A stretch of DNA of 64,000 nucleotides from Treponemataceae bacterium. Its GTDB lineage: Bacteria; Spirochaetota; Spirochaetia; Treponematales; Rectinemataceae. The position numbers and the translations under genes are program-made. Within the stretch, counting starts at the first letter, position 1. Each line of letters starts with the position of its first letter. The DNA lies in the NCBI GenBank assembly GCA_963667725.2, contig CAXXHO010000003.1, positions 864,001 through 928,000 of the forward strand, in the 5' to 3' direction. The notes beneath the pieces were generated by a model. The model was not told where the DNA came from. It was given only the letters and a program-made list of their open reading frames with translations, and did not search any database. Shown piece after piece: positions 28,004 through 37,503 of this stretch.

Positions 28004-29572
28004 TCAGGATTGAGCCGCGGAATCGTCAAGGAATCCCATTTCCTCGAGCGCGGCGACGGCTTCGGCTTCCTCGTCGTAAGGTATTGAATGATCTTTGTAG
28101 ATTATGGAATTTTCATGTCCCTTGCCGAGAAGGAGAACCGCGTCATGGGCTCCCGCCATGGAAAACGCCTTGCGTATGGCCTGGGGGCGGTCGGGAATGA
28201 GGAAGAGCCTCTCCCCGCGCTGAAGTCTGGGGCAGCCGGCGGCGATATCCTCGAGGAGGTCCATAGGATTTTCTCCCCGCGGATCCTCGTCGGTAAGGAT
28301 GAGGACATCGCAGTATTCGGCCGCCACCGCTCCCTGCCTGGGGCGCTTTTCGGTGTCCCTTTCTCCGCCCGAGCCGAAAAGGCAGAAGATCCTGCCTCCG
28401 ACGCGTTTGCGTATCAGGGGAAGTATGGCCTCGAAGGAAGAGGGCGTATGGGCATAGTCGATGATCACTTCGAAGGGTTGGCCCTTCTCTATGTTCATCA
28501 TTCTTCCGCGCACAGGCTTCAGCGCGGGCAGGAGGGGAAGGAGTTCGGCGTAGGGTTTTCCCGTCGCGGCGGAGACGGCCAGAAGCGCCGCGAGGCTGTT
28601 GCCTACGTTGAATTCGCCGGGCAGGTTGATCCTGGCGGGCACTCCGCTCAATCCCAGCTCCGGCGCTTCGACGAGGAAGCTGGAGCCTTGGGGATCCGAT
28701 ACGATCCGGGCTGCCGAAATCGTCGCCGTGGCGCCCTTCGCCGAATAGGAAAGCACCGGCTTCGTCGTGCAGGACGCGAAATATCCGGCGCTCGGATCGT
28801 CGGCGTTGACGATGCCGGCTGAGGAGACGCGTATGGGCTCTCCCTTGAGCGATTTCATGTGGTCATGGGCGTCCAGGTTCCTGAACAGATTGGCCTTGTC
28901 ATGACGGTACTGTTCCCAGGTGCCGTGGAATTCCAGATGTTCGCTCGTGACGTTGGTCATGATCCCGATGTCGAAGGCGACGTCGGCGAGCCTGCCCGTG
29001 CGCGCGCTGAGCCCATGGCTGGAGGATTCGACCACGGCGCAGACATATCCCGCGTCGCGCATCATGGCGAGCATCCTCTGTACGGCCGTGGCCTCGGGCG
29101 TCGTCTGGTGCTCCGGATTGGGTCTTTCGCCCGACCCTGTGTCCGACATGACCGTCGAAAAGAAGCCCGCTTTCGCGCCAGCGAGATTGAGGAGCTGGTA
29201 GATAAGGGAGACCGTCGTGCTCTTGCCTTCGGTTCCCGTCACGCCGATGACGCTGAGGGACGAGGAAGGGCGATCGTAAAAAGCCGCGGCCAAAGGCCCC
29301 ATGCTTAGGCGGGCATCGGCGACGCGCGCGTAGCTTATGCCGGGAACGGGGTTTTGGATGATTTTATCGTGGATGATGGCCGCGGCTCCGCGAGCTATGG
29401 CGGCGGCGATATAGTCGTGTCCGTCGCTATGGATGCCCTGGAAGGCCGCGAAGATGTCGCCTTTCGCGATCTTCCGCGAATCGTACTCGATTCCGGAAAT
29501 CTCGGGATCGGAACCTAGGGACACCGAAATCGGCTCAAGGGCGGCGATGAGGGACGAAAAGCGTCTGTTCAT
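28004..29572 (-). CDS. murE: UDP-N-acetylmuramoyl-dipeptide--diamino acid ligase
   Basis: DSRK, GVTGTEGKST, TTPEA, ESSSHGL, DYAHTP, GERD..KR, DEDPRGE, GKGHE. Confidence 0.92.
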   Translation of the reverse strand: MNRRFSSLIAALEPISVSLGSDPEISGIEYDSRKIAKGDIFAAFQGIHSDGHDYIAAAIARGAAAIIHDKIIQNPVPGISYARVADARLSMGPLAAAFYDRPSSSLSVIGVTGTEGKSTTVSLIYQLLNLAGAKAGFFSTVMSDTGSGERPNPEHQTTPEATAVQRMLAMMRDAGYVCAVVESSSHGLSARTGRLADVAFDIGIMTNVTSEHLEFHGTWEQYRHDKANLFRNLDAHDHMKSLKGEPIRVSSAGIVNADDPSAGYFASCTTKPVLSYSAKGATATISAARIVSDPQGSSFLVEAPELGLSGVPARINLPGEFNVGNSLAALLAVSAATGKPYAELLPLLPALKPVRGRMMNIEKGQPFEVIIDYAHTPSSFEAILPLIRKRVGGRIFCLFGSGGERDTEKRPRQGAVAAEYCDVLILTDEDPRGENPMDLLEDIAAGCPRLQRGERLFLIPDRPQAIRKAFSMAGAHDAVLLLGKGHENSIIYKDHSIPYDEEAEAVAALEEMGFLDDSAAQS

Positions 29573-29652
29573 TTCGGATGGAGGATATCATGGAGGAGAA
29601 AGGGATTCAACAGGGATGCGGCGGGAAGGGATCGCGGGTATGCGCTTCCATG

Positions 29653-29688
29653 AAAAAGCCGCGCCGGAAGTACTTCCGGCGCGGCTTT
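29653..29688 (-). terminator. Rho-independent terminator
   Basis: Palindrome AAAGCCGCGCCGGAAGTACTTCCGGCGCGGCTTT with T-run on minus strand. Confidence 0.8.
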
Positions 29689-29727
29689 CCCGCTCAGCAT
29701 TGAGCTTGGAAGGGTGGTCTGGGACTC

Positions 29728-30267
29728 CTACAGCACTACCTTCAGCCCCGCGTAGACGACATAGGGTACGGTGGTCAGGTCGAAGGAAGTCGGGATCAAG
29801 CCCATGGCGCCTCCGCCGATCCTGAAGGCGTTTTTCTTGCCGATGCCCAGCCAGACGGAGAGGTCGGGGATGAAGGCCCCGAGTTCCTCGAAACCGAAGT
29901 TGTTGGGTATGCCATAATAGGCCAGGAAGTAGCCACCGAGACTCGCGTCGATCGATAGGGCTCCCAGGGCGAGCTCAGCCTGCACGATGGGATATGCCGC
30001 CGACGCGATCAGGGCCGTCCATGCCTTGATGCCGGCGCCCAGCTTGATGGGACCGGCGTCGAGCTGGAGAAGAAGGGCGAGGTTGGGAATGGGGATGATG
30101 CCCACTTCGTCGAGTATGCTCCCGATATCCCCAATATCAGCGGTATTTCCGTTGAAGACGCCAAAAGTAATCGGTGCGCTCGCGCCTATCTCGAACCGGA
30201 ACTGGCTGAACGCGGCGGGAACCGAAATGCAGAGTATCAGAACCATGCAGATAAGAATCTTCTTCAT
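29728..30267 (-). CDS. Exported hypothetical protein, probable small outer-membrane beta-barrel
   Basis: GAGGAGG RBS, signal peptide, alternating hydrophobic/Gly strands, ends YAGLKVVL. Confidence 0.6.
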   Translation of the reverse strand: MKKILICMVLILCISVPAAFSQFRFEIGASAPITFGVFNGNTADIGDIGSILDEVGIIPIPNLALLLQLDAGPIKLGAGIKAWTALIASAAYPIVQAELALGALSIDASLGGYFLAYYGIPNNFGFEELGAFIPDLSVWLGIGKKNAFRIGGGAMGLIPTSFDLTTVPYVVYAGLKVVL

Positions 30268-30392
30268 TATAGCCTCCTCGGACAATGTGGAATTCTAAAT
30301 CGCCTTGCTTAGTCAAGTATAGCCCAAAAAGGGCGCAAATCAAGTCATAGGCTGGCTTGCCAAGCTTTATGGGAAGGGATATCGTTCGAAAT

Positions 30393-30755
30393 ATGTTCAC
30401 CGTGAGAATAGAAGCGGGTTTCGCCGCGGCGCACCGCCTGATCCATTACAACGGAAAGTGCGAACGGCTCCATGGCCACAATTATAAAGTGAGGGTGTGG
30501 GCGGAAGGGGATAGCCTGGGCGAAGGCGGCATGCTTGTCGATTTCGGGATCCTGAAGAAGGCCTTGGGCGACATCATCGTAAAGCTCGATCACTCCGATC
30601 TCAACGAGATTCCGCAGTTCGCCGACGATCCGAGCGCCGAGAAGATCGCGAAATATGTCTTCGACGGCATTCTGGCCGCCCATCCCGAGCTTCCGGTTTC
30701 GGCCGTGGACGTTTTCGAGACCGAGACTTCGATGGCCAGGTACGCAAAAGTCTAG
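30393..30755 (+). CDS. queD: 6-carboxytetrahydropterin synthase
   Basis: AAH.L, CERLHGHNY, DFG.LK, LDH, PSAE, FET. Confidence 0.88.
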   Translation: MFTVRIEAGFAAAHRLIHYNGKCERLHGHNYKVRVWAEGDSLGEGGMLVDFGILKKALGDIIVKLDHSDLNEIPQFADDPSAEKIAKYVFDGILAAHPELPVSAVDVFETETSMARYAKV

Positions 30756-30763
30756 AAGCTCGC

Positions 30764-33316
30764 TCAGCTCCAGCCCGTAACCTTCGCGAGCGGCTTGAAT
30801 CCGCATCCTTCCCCAAGCGCGTCGAGAAGCGGCGAGAGTTCGGCCTTTTCGCCGACGCGCAGGGATAGGGTGGCCGTCGCGTCGGTCTCCCTCATTTTCG
30901 CGTCCACGACGATCTTCCTTCCCTTCGATCCTTCCGGAAAAACATAGAGTCGGCCATGGTCATCGCGTTTCGCGGTGTAGGAAAGCTGGCGTTCAGCGGC
31001 AAATGCCTCAAAGGTTCCCCGCAAGACATCGGAATGTTCAGCCGGCAGGGCGATCTCGATATCGACGAAAGAAGGGCTCGGCGCTTTTTCCAGGCGCGTG
31101 AAGGCCGGAAAACTCGATGCGTCGGCTGGCACCCGACTTTCGGGCTTGGCGACGGATGAGTGGGCGCTCTCAAGCCTGGAAAGGAGAAGTTCCGTTCTTT
31201 TCGCGTCAGGGCCGTAGAGCGCCACGGCGCCGCGACCGTACCGGCCCCGCACAAAGAGGCCGTTGAACGGCGAGTTGCCGGAAAAGAGCAGTTCCTTGGC
31301 TTCGAAAACTATGTTTTCGGCGCCAGGGACCTTGGCCGACAGGCTGCGCAGCAACCAGGAGATCCTGTAAGCGGGATCGGCTTCCGAAAGATCCTCCGGA
31401 TAATCGAGGACAAGATAGGTCGGGGCGAACTTGGCCTTGGCGGCAAGCAGTGCTTCGATCTTCTCGGAATGCTTGAAAACGGGGGGAACCACGAGATTGT
31501 GGCCCGTCATCGCTTCTATCGCCTCGCCGTCCGCGCAGACGCCGCAGCCGGAGCAATCCTTGCCGAGACAGGAGAACCTGTCGTCCAGTCGTTTCGCCTC
31601 GATGTAATGCTTGTGGAGAACCTTGAAATTCCGTTCGTCCTCGAGGAAGGCAAGGGGAGGGCGATACTCCGAAGTTTTCTCCGCCGGAAAGGAAGCCTCG
31701 GAATCCCTGCCCAGTACAGAGGGGCGCAGCGATTTCCAGGACCCCTCGCCAAGCGAAAAGTCGTAGACGAAGCCCATGGAGGGGATTTTTTCCAGCCATC
31801 GATAGGCTATGCTTCCGGCGAGCGAAAGCGTCTGGTCCACGAAAGATTCCTCGGCGTCGGAAGCCAGCCTGAATTCTATGCCGGCGCGTTCGCAGGCTTC
31901 GCGCAGAAGCAGGGCGAGGCGCACGAGTTTTTCCCTGTCGAATTCGAGGGGGGCGTACTGGAGCGGCGTGAAGGGCAGTCTGACCAGGAATCCGGCCGAG
32001 ACGAGAATCCTGGTGGAGGGGGACTGCGAGTCTTTCCTGCGTTTCACCCCTTCAATGAAGGCCGAGAACTCGTTGAGATCGGCCGGCGTTTCGGTACCCG
32101 CAATTATGTAGAAAAGTTTCAGTTCCTTGACGCCGGGGCGAATCGTCATCTTGAGACAGTCATCGATCGTCTTGTTCGTGAGTCCCTTCCGGTAATAGGC
32201 GCGCATCGTTGCGGAAATGCCCTCGATTCCGAGGGTGAAGGAGTGTTTGCCTCCCGCCAGCTCGGATTCCATGAGCCCTCTGGTTTCAACGAGGATGTCC
32301 AGGCGCTGACTCATGAAGGACACTCTTCTGAATATGCGGTTCAACTCAAAAATTAGGTCGAAAATACGCGAGTGGGTATTGAAGTTGAAGCTGTAGATTT
32401 CAAGGTCTTCGGCGCCCGTGCTTTTCCTGAGTTCGCGTGCTTCCTGGATGAGTCTTTCCATATCTGCTTCCGCGTAGGGCCGGCGGTCCCAGCCCTCCAG
32501 GCAGAAGGAGCAATAACCGGGGCAGCCCGAAGTGATGGAAAGTCTGGCGCTCGAGGCGCTGGGGCCATTGAGGACGAGGGGTTTTGTGACCGTGTGCGGA
32601 CGCTGGGGAGCCAGGGCTCGTTTCGCGCCTTCGGCCAGAAGGCAGGGCCAGAATCCCTGGATTTTCGCGGCCTTTTTAAGGCGGGCCAGCCGTTGCTTGG
32701 CTGTGGTTTTTTTTCTATCGGCGCCAGAAAGAACCTGGGCGAGCGTCCCGATGGCCGCCTCGCCTTCCCCGAAAAAGATGCCGTCGACGAAAGCGTCCTG
32801 GGCCGGATATTTTTTCTCGAGGCCTTCAAGGACGATGGATCCCATGGCCGAGGCATTCGAGCCGCCGGCGATGACGATGGGCTGATCGTCCAGGAGGGCG
32901 CGGGAAGCCGCCGACGTGGACAGGCCCGCCGTCGTGAAGAGGTAGGGAAGGTTGACGAGCTCCAGGGCGAAGGCATTGGATACCATAATGATGTCAAAAT
33001 CGCGGGGCGATTTTCGGGAGGCGCGGCCGAAGAACCAGGGCAGGTTCTGCGACGAAAGCGCTTTTCGGTCCGCCGCGGTGGGCAGAAAGGCGAAATCGAT
33101 GAAGGCATCCTTCATGGCGGAGCGGATTTCATCGAAAAGCACGAGATGGGGCGTCGAAATGTCGACATCGCGCCAGGGCGAGAGGCGGACGATGAGGATG
33201 CGCGACGAGGATTTTTCCCATGCCGGATTGGCCATATCGCGCCGGACGGCGGGGAGGATTATCGAGCCTTCTTTAAGGGACGACAGTATCATATCGGCTT
33301 TCGTGAAGTCGCTCAT
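30764..33316 (-). CDS. Large radical SAM protein (TIGR03960-like N-terminus, extra Cys cluster, long C-terminal extension)
   Basis: DFDII..S..LEL, PIVIAGG, FFGEGE, CPGYCSFC, CLGKDCSGCGVC; start at ATG 33316 overlapping the helicase stop. Confidence 0.8.
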   Translation of the reverse strand: MSDFTKADMILSSLKEGSIILPAVRRDMANPAWEKSSSRILIVRLSPWRDVDISTPHLVLFDEIRSAMKDAFIDFAFLPTAADRKALSSQNLPWFFGRASRKSPRDFDIIMVSNAFALELVNLPYLFTTAGLSTSAASRALLDDQPIVIAGGSNASAMGSIVLEGLEKKYPAQDAFVDGIFFGEGEAAIGTLAQVLSGADRKKTTAKQRLARLKKAAKIQGFWPCLLAEGAKRALAPQRPHTVTKPLVLNGPSASSARLSITSGCPGYCSFCLEGWDRRPYAEADMERLIQEARELRKSTGAEDLEIYSFNFNTHSRIFDLIFELNRIFRRVSFMSQRLDILVETRGLMESELAGGKHSFTLGIEGISATMRAYYRKGLTNKTIDDCLKMTIRPGVKELKLFYIIAGTETPADLNEFSAFIEGVKRRKDSQSPSTRILVSAGFLVRLPFTPLQYAPLEFDREKLVRLALLLREACERAGIEFRLASDAEESFVDQTLSLAGSIAYRWLEKIPSMGFVYDFSLGEGSWKSLRPSVLGRDSEASFPAEKTSEYRPPLAFLEDERNFKVLHKHYIEAKRLDDRFSCLGKDCSGCGVCADGEAIEAMTGHNLVVPPVFKHSEKIEALLAAKAKFAPTYLVLDYPEDLSEADPAYRISWLLRSLSAKVPGAENIVFEAKELLFSGNSPFNGLFVRGRYGRGAVALYGPDAKRTELLLSRLESAHSSVAKPESRVPADASSFPAFTRLEKAPSPSFVDIEIALPAEHSDVLRGTFEAFAAERQLSYTAKRDDHGRLYVFPEGSKGRKIVVDAKMRETDATATLSLRVGEKAELSPLLDALGEGCGFKPLAKVTGWS

Positions 33317-34590
33317 CGCTGGGTGCCGTCCCCGCGTTGGGGATACTGTCTCCGCTGGGGCGGTTCTCCGTGTTCGGAACGCATCTTCTCCCTGTAATTC
33401 TTTTTTTCGGCGTCGCCCTTTTCTACCATCGCGAAAAAATCCTCGACGGGCGGTTCGACGACCTGGCCTTCCTCGAGTCTTTTGGTCCTGAAGACGAAAT
33501 TCCTGTCCACGGCGAGCCTGGACGCGCTCCTCAATTCCCAGGCGTCGGCCAGAACGATGCTGATGCCCTTCTCGCCCGCGCGGCCGGTTCTTCCCGCCCT
33601 GTGGACGTACCAGGAATTTTCCTCGGGAAAGTCGAGGCTGATGATGTGCGTGATGCCGGCGATATCGAGGCCTCTGGCGCCGAGATCGGTGGTCACGAGG
33701 TAGCGCAGGGTACCGTTCTCGAAACGCTCTATGGCCACGCGGCGATGCTCTTTTTCCTGTTTCGCGAGGATCGAGTCGGCGGGGAGGCCGATTTCGGCCA
33801 GGCGTTCGGCGGTTCTCGCCACCCTGTCGCCGGAAGAGGCGAAGACTAGGCATTTTTTGGGCTTGATCGCCGCCTCAAGCCGGCGGATGAAGTCTATCCG
33901 CTTGCGGTGCTCGACATAGAACACCCAGTGCTCGATGTCGCGGGTGAGAACCCCCTCGTCCAGGAGGTCGAGGGATTCCGAATCCTTCATATAGACTCTG
34001 GCGAGCTTGCGGGTATTGGGCGATATAGTAGCCGACGCTAGAATTTTGCATGAGTTGGGCGACGCCGCGCCGAGGATGCCGTTCACCTGTTCCCTGTATT
34101 CCGTCGAGAAAAGCCTGTCGCCCTCGTCCAGCACGATGAAATTCACGCTGTCCAGCCTGAGGAAACGCATCTTGACGAGATCCGAGGTCCTGCCGGGCGT
34201 GCCGACGACGATGTGCGGTTTCTTTTTCAGGGCGTCTTCCTGGCGGGAAAGGGGGCTTCCCCCGAGGAGGGCCAGGACGTTCATGGCGATGCGCGACTCG
34301 GCCAGGAGCATCTCGGCCTGTTTGGCCACCTGGACAGCGAGCTCCTGGGTGGGGCAGAGCACGAGGATGAGAGGTCCTTTCGACGGACTCATGTCCTTGA
34401 CCATGGAAATAGCCGGGGCGAGGTAGGCGAAGGTCTTGCCCGTTCCGGTTTCGGACTGAAGGAAGATATCTTTCTTGAGGAGTATTCGGGGTATCGCCAG
34501 GCGCTGAACCTTGGTGGGAATTTTAAAGCCGAGCGTCCCGAAGGCGGCGGACAGTTCGGCGCTAAGGCCTAAATCGGAAAAGTCATTCAT
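33313..34590 (-). CDS. DEAD/DEAH-box RNA helicase (motif II DEGD)
   Basis: PTKVQ, TGTGKT, PTQELA, GTPGR, DEGD, SAT, ARGLD, HRAGRTGR. Confidence 0.9.
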   Translation of the reverse strand: MNDFSDLGLSAELSAAFGTLGFKIPTKVQRLAIPRILLKKDIFLQSETGTGKTFAYLAPAISMVKDMSPSKGPLILVLCPTQELAVQVAKQAEMLLAESRIAMNVLALLGGSPLSRQEDALKKKPHIVVGTPGRTSDLVKMRFLRLDSVNFIVLDEGDRLFSTEYREQVNGILGAASPNSCKILASATISPNTRKLARVYMKDSESLDLLDEGVLTRDIEHWVFYVEHRKRIDFIRRLEAAIKPKKCLVFASSGDRVARTAERLAEIGLPADSILAKQEKEHRRVAIERFENGTLRYLVTTDLGARGLDIAGITHIISLDFPEENSWYVHRAGRTGRAGEKGISIVLADAWELRSASRLAVDRNFVFRTKRLEEGQVVEPPVEDFFAMVEKGDAEKKNYREKMRSEHGEPPQRRQYPQRGDGTQR

Positions 34591-34729
34591 GGTACTATAC
34601 TTGCACGAAGAAGCCGCGTTGCTCAAGCGCCTCTATACCGCCCGGAATCGAGGCGGCGTTCGCCGAGCGCGCGTCAGCAGACGCGCGCCATTGCGAAAGC
34701 CCTATCTTTCGGCTATAGTCTCAGCCAAC

Positions 34730-35659
34730 ATGAATCTCGAAGCATTCGTACTGGGCTGCGGCGGCATGATGCCGCTTCCCTACCGTCACCTTACCAGCGT
34801 ACTTCTAAGGCGCGAAGGTGAACTGTTTCTTTTCGACGCGGGAGAAGCGACACAGATATCCATCCGTCGCCTGAATCTCCGGTGGAAGAAAATAACCGCC
34901 ATTTTTATATCGCACATGCATGCCGACCACGTCACGGGCTTGCCGGGAATCCTGATGCTCAACAGCCAGGTGGACAGGCAGGAACCCCTCTATATATTCG
35001 GTCCCCCACGGATCGCCGAGTATATCGAGCAGACTAGAAGATCCCTCGATATGTACATCAACTATGAAATCATCGTGAAGGAATTCACCGAACCGGGAAT
35101 TCTGTGGGAAGACAAGGATTTCTCGATACGCTCCTTCGGCCTGAGGCACACGAAGCCATGCTATGGCTATACGCTCGAGGAACATATGCGTCCGGGAGCC
35201 TTCTTCCCGGAAAAAGCGCTCGCGATGGGAGTGCCGCGCGGACCGCTCTGGTCCGTGCTCCAGGGCGGAGGGAACGTAACCTTGCCCAGCGGGCTTCTCG
35301 TCCATCCCGAGGATGTCCTCGGGGCTCCGCGCATGGGCAGAAAATTCAGCTATGCCACGGACAGCCTCTACTTTCCGGATATATCGCGCGAAGTCGCCGG
35401 TTCCGACCTCCTTGTCTGCGAAGGGATGTTCGAGGACGCGCTGCTTGCCTCGGCCGTGGAAAAGCGGCATATGACGGCGCGCCAGGCCGCGACCATCGCC
35501 AGGGACGCGGGAGGGGTGAAGCTCTTGGGGCTTATCCATTACAGCCCGCGCTACGCGGACAAGGAACTCAAGCAGCTGCTGAAGGAAGCGCAGGAGGTTT
35601 TTTCGAACACCATCCTCACGCGCGACAGGATGAACTTTCCTATAGAAAACGTGGACTGA
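34730..35659 (+). CDS. rnz: Ribonuclease Z
   Basis: FDAGEATQ, SHMHADH, GVPRGP exosite, ATD, HMT, IHYSPRY; upstream TTGCGA-17-TATAGT. Confidence 0.93.
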   Translation: MNLEAFVLGCGGMMPLPYRHLTSVLLRREGELFLFDAGEATQISIRRLNLRWKKITAIFISHMHADHVTGLPGILMLNSQVDRQEPLYIFGPPRIAEYIEQTRRSLDMYINYEIIVKEFTEPGILWEDKDFSIRSFGLRHTKPCYGYTLEEHMRPGAFFPEKALAMGVPRGPLWSVLQGGGNVTLPSGLLVHPEDVLGAPRMGRKFSYATDSLYFPDISREVAGSDLLVCEGMFEDALLASAVEKRHMTARQAATIARDAGGVKLLGLIHYSPRYADKELKQLLKEAQEVFSNTILTRDRMNFPIENVD

Positions 35660-35675
35660 AGTCTCGTTTTTCATG

Positions 35676-35711
35676 AAAAAGGGCCGCACGCGATCGCGTG
35701 CGGCCCTTTTT
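35676..35711. terminator. Bidirectional terminator
   Basis: AAAAAGGGCCGCACGCGATCGCGTGCGGCCCTTTTT perfect palindrome between convergent genes. Confidence 0.88.
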
Positions 35712-35733
35712 ATGCGCCTTCGGCGCTTCTATT

Positions 35734-37380
35734 TCATTCGGCCTTGGGCTTGAAGGCGAGTATTCTGGAATGGCCGCCCGAATAGGCCTTGTGTACCGCT
35801 GTCGACGCCTCGCGGTATATCTTGTACGCGTCGATCTGTCTGCCCGAACGGGCGGAGATCCCTATAAACACGGGCGCTTCGCCTTCGATATCCTTATAGA
35901 GGCTCAGGGTAGCGGAGAGTACGTCGGCTAGGTCCTCGGACATCTTCAGGGTGCCGCCAAGGTCAACGGATGGGAGGACTATCGCGAAAGCCCCTTTGTA
36001 AAGTTCGAATACCAGATCCTTCGAGCCGATATAGTCTTTTACGGTGACGGCAAGGGCGACAGCCGCGGGATCGCTGCGGGAGCTGACACCGCAGTGGATG
36101 AGCATGAGCGAGACTTCGGATTTTGCGCCGCGTCCCAACTCCTCGCTCAATCTGGCCTCGAGCTGCGGATCGCCCAAAGACAGGGGCATCGGCAAGTTCG
36201 CTATATCCAGGCGATCTGAAGGGGTACCAGAAGCGCGAGCGGAAGGTACCTCGACAGCTTGGACCTTTTCCGTCCGGTCCTCCGCCCTGAGTTCCTCGAA
36301 TTCCTGAAGGGTTTCCCTCGAATCGGCTATATCGTTCTCATTTTCCGCGGCTTGTTCTTCTTCGGGAAGGGTTTCCAGTTCATCGAGCTCTTCGTTTATC
36401 TCAGCGTCGAGATCCTCATCGAGCTGTCCGTTTATCGACGGCTCTTCGGATTTGGGCTGCGGTTCAACCTTCCGCGATGCGATCGGGGACTGATCCGCAT
36501 GGCGATTGGACCAGCCGGCGATTTCTTCCTCGAGTTTGGCGAGGCTTTCCTCGAAGTTACGGCCGGAGGGGGCAAGGCCGGGGACAGGCTGTGTCTTTGT
36601 CTGGATTTCGTCGACAGTATCGATCTTCTCTTCTTCTTCGGCGTCGAGCGAATCCGCTTCGATCAGGAGGTCGGGAATTTCATCTTCGAATTCTTCATCG
36701 GTCATGGCCGCCTCGTCCTCATCAATGGTCTTATCCTCTGGTTCTAAGACTGGGGCAGTTTTTACCTCGAGTGGCGGCATGGCTTCCGGAGGCATGGCGG
36801 TTTCGGGGGACGTGGCAGTATCGGGCACGTTCTCGGCATCCGAGCGGTTTTCTCCCTTGCCTTCATTGCCGAGCAGGACGATGGCTAAAGCGACGACCAG
36901 GCACCAGATCGCGCTGATTATGACGGGTACCCTGGCGGCCTGGGATATATCCGACTTTCGCAAGGTGGCATAGATGGCCGAAAGCTTCATTCCCTCGCTC
37001 AGAGGCGTCGTGAATATGACTGTGCTCCATTCCGGGGCCGAAAACCCCGCGCGTACGGAAGCATCGTTGGGAAGCGCGAAATATGACGAACCCGACGGAA
37101 CCTTCCATAGCGCCATGCCCGACGAGTCGAGGACCTGGGCGGCCAGAAGCCTATTGCTTCCCTTGTAGAGGGCTATCAGTCGTTCGCGCAGGAATTGATC
37201 CTGCAGGTCGCCCGCAGTCTGCAAAGACATGAGGGCATTCCGGAGGATGGAATATTCCGCTCCGCTGGAGCGCTCGCCCGATGTCCGTAAATCGCCCAGC
37301 CTGTAGACGAAGGAGACTATCGCCAAAACGGCGACGATGATCGATACGACAGCCACGAGTCCGCGAAGTGTTTTTCTCAT
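35734..37380 (-). CDS. Membrane protein with long acidic linker and degenerate GGDEF-like C-terminal domain
   Basis: Two TM, Glu/Asp-rich middle, FAIVLP...IGIS...REA..A..KA pattern without GG(D/E)EF. Confidence 0.6.
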   Translation of the reverse strand: MRKTLRGLVAVVSIIVAVLAIVSFVYRLGDLRTSGERSSGAEYSILRNALMSLQTAGDLQDQFLRERLIALYKGSNRLLAAQVLDSSGMALWKVPSGSSYFALPNDASVRAGFSAPEWSTVIFTTPLSEGMKLSAIYATLRKSDISQAARVPVIISAIWCLVVALAIVLLGNEGKGENRSDAENVPDTATSPETAMPPEAMPPLEVKTAPVLEPEDKTIDEDEAAMTDEEFEDEIPDLLIEADSLDAEEEEKIDTVDEIQTKTQPVPGLAPSGRNFEESLAKLEEEIAGWSNRHADQSPIASRKVEPQPKSEEPSINGQLDEDLDAEINEELDELETLPEEEQAAENENDIADSRETLQEFEELRAEDRTEKVQAVEVPSARASGTPSDRLDIANLPMPLSLGDPQLEARLSEELGRGAKSEVSLMLIHCGVSSRSDPAAVALAVTVKDYIGSKDLVFELYKGAFAIVLPSVDLGGTLKMSEDLADVLSATLSLYKDIEGEAPVFIGISARSGRQIDAYKIYREASTAVHKAYSGGHSRILAFKPKAE

Positions 37381-37503
37381 GTTCCCTTCCTGATCTTCTA
37401 GATTATCGGAAGGAGATGGAGCGGTCTTGCGCACAAATTATCGGGTTGAAGGCTTTTCCCGCCCCGGAAAGTAGCTATACTAAGCTTGAGGAGGAACCTC
37501 CCC

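Noticed and set aside
33317..33853. N-terminal extension of the 1029-aa radical SAM ORF
   Set aside because: Off-frame overlap with the helicase giving Arg-rich nonsense; the real start is the ATG at 33316
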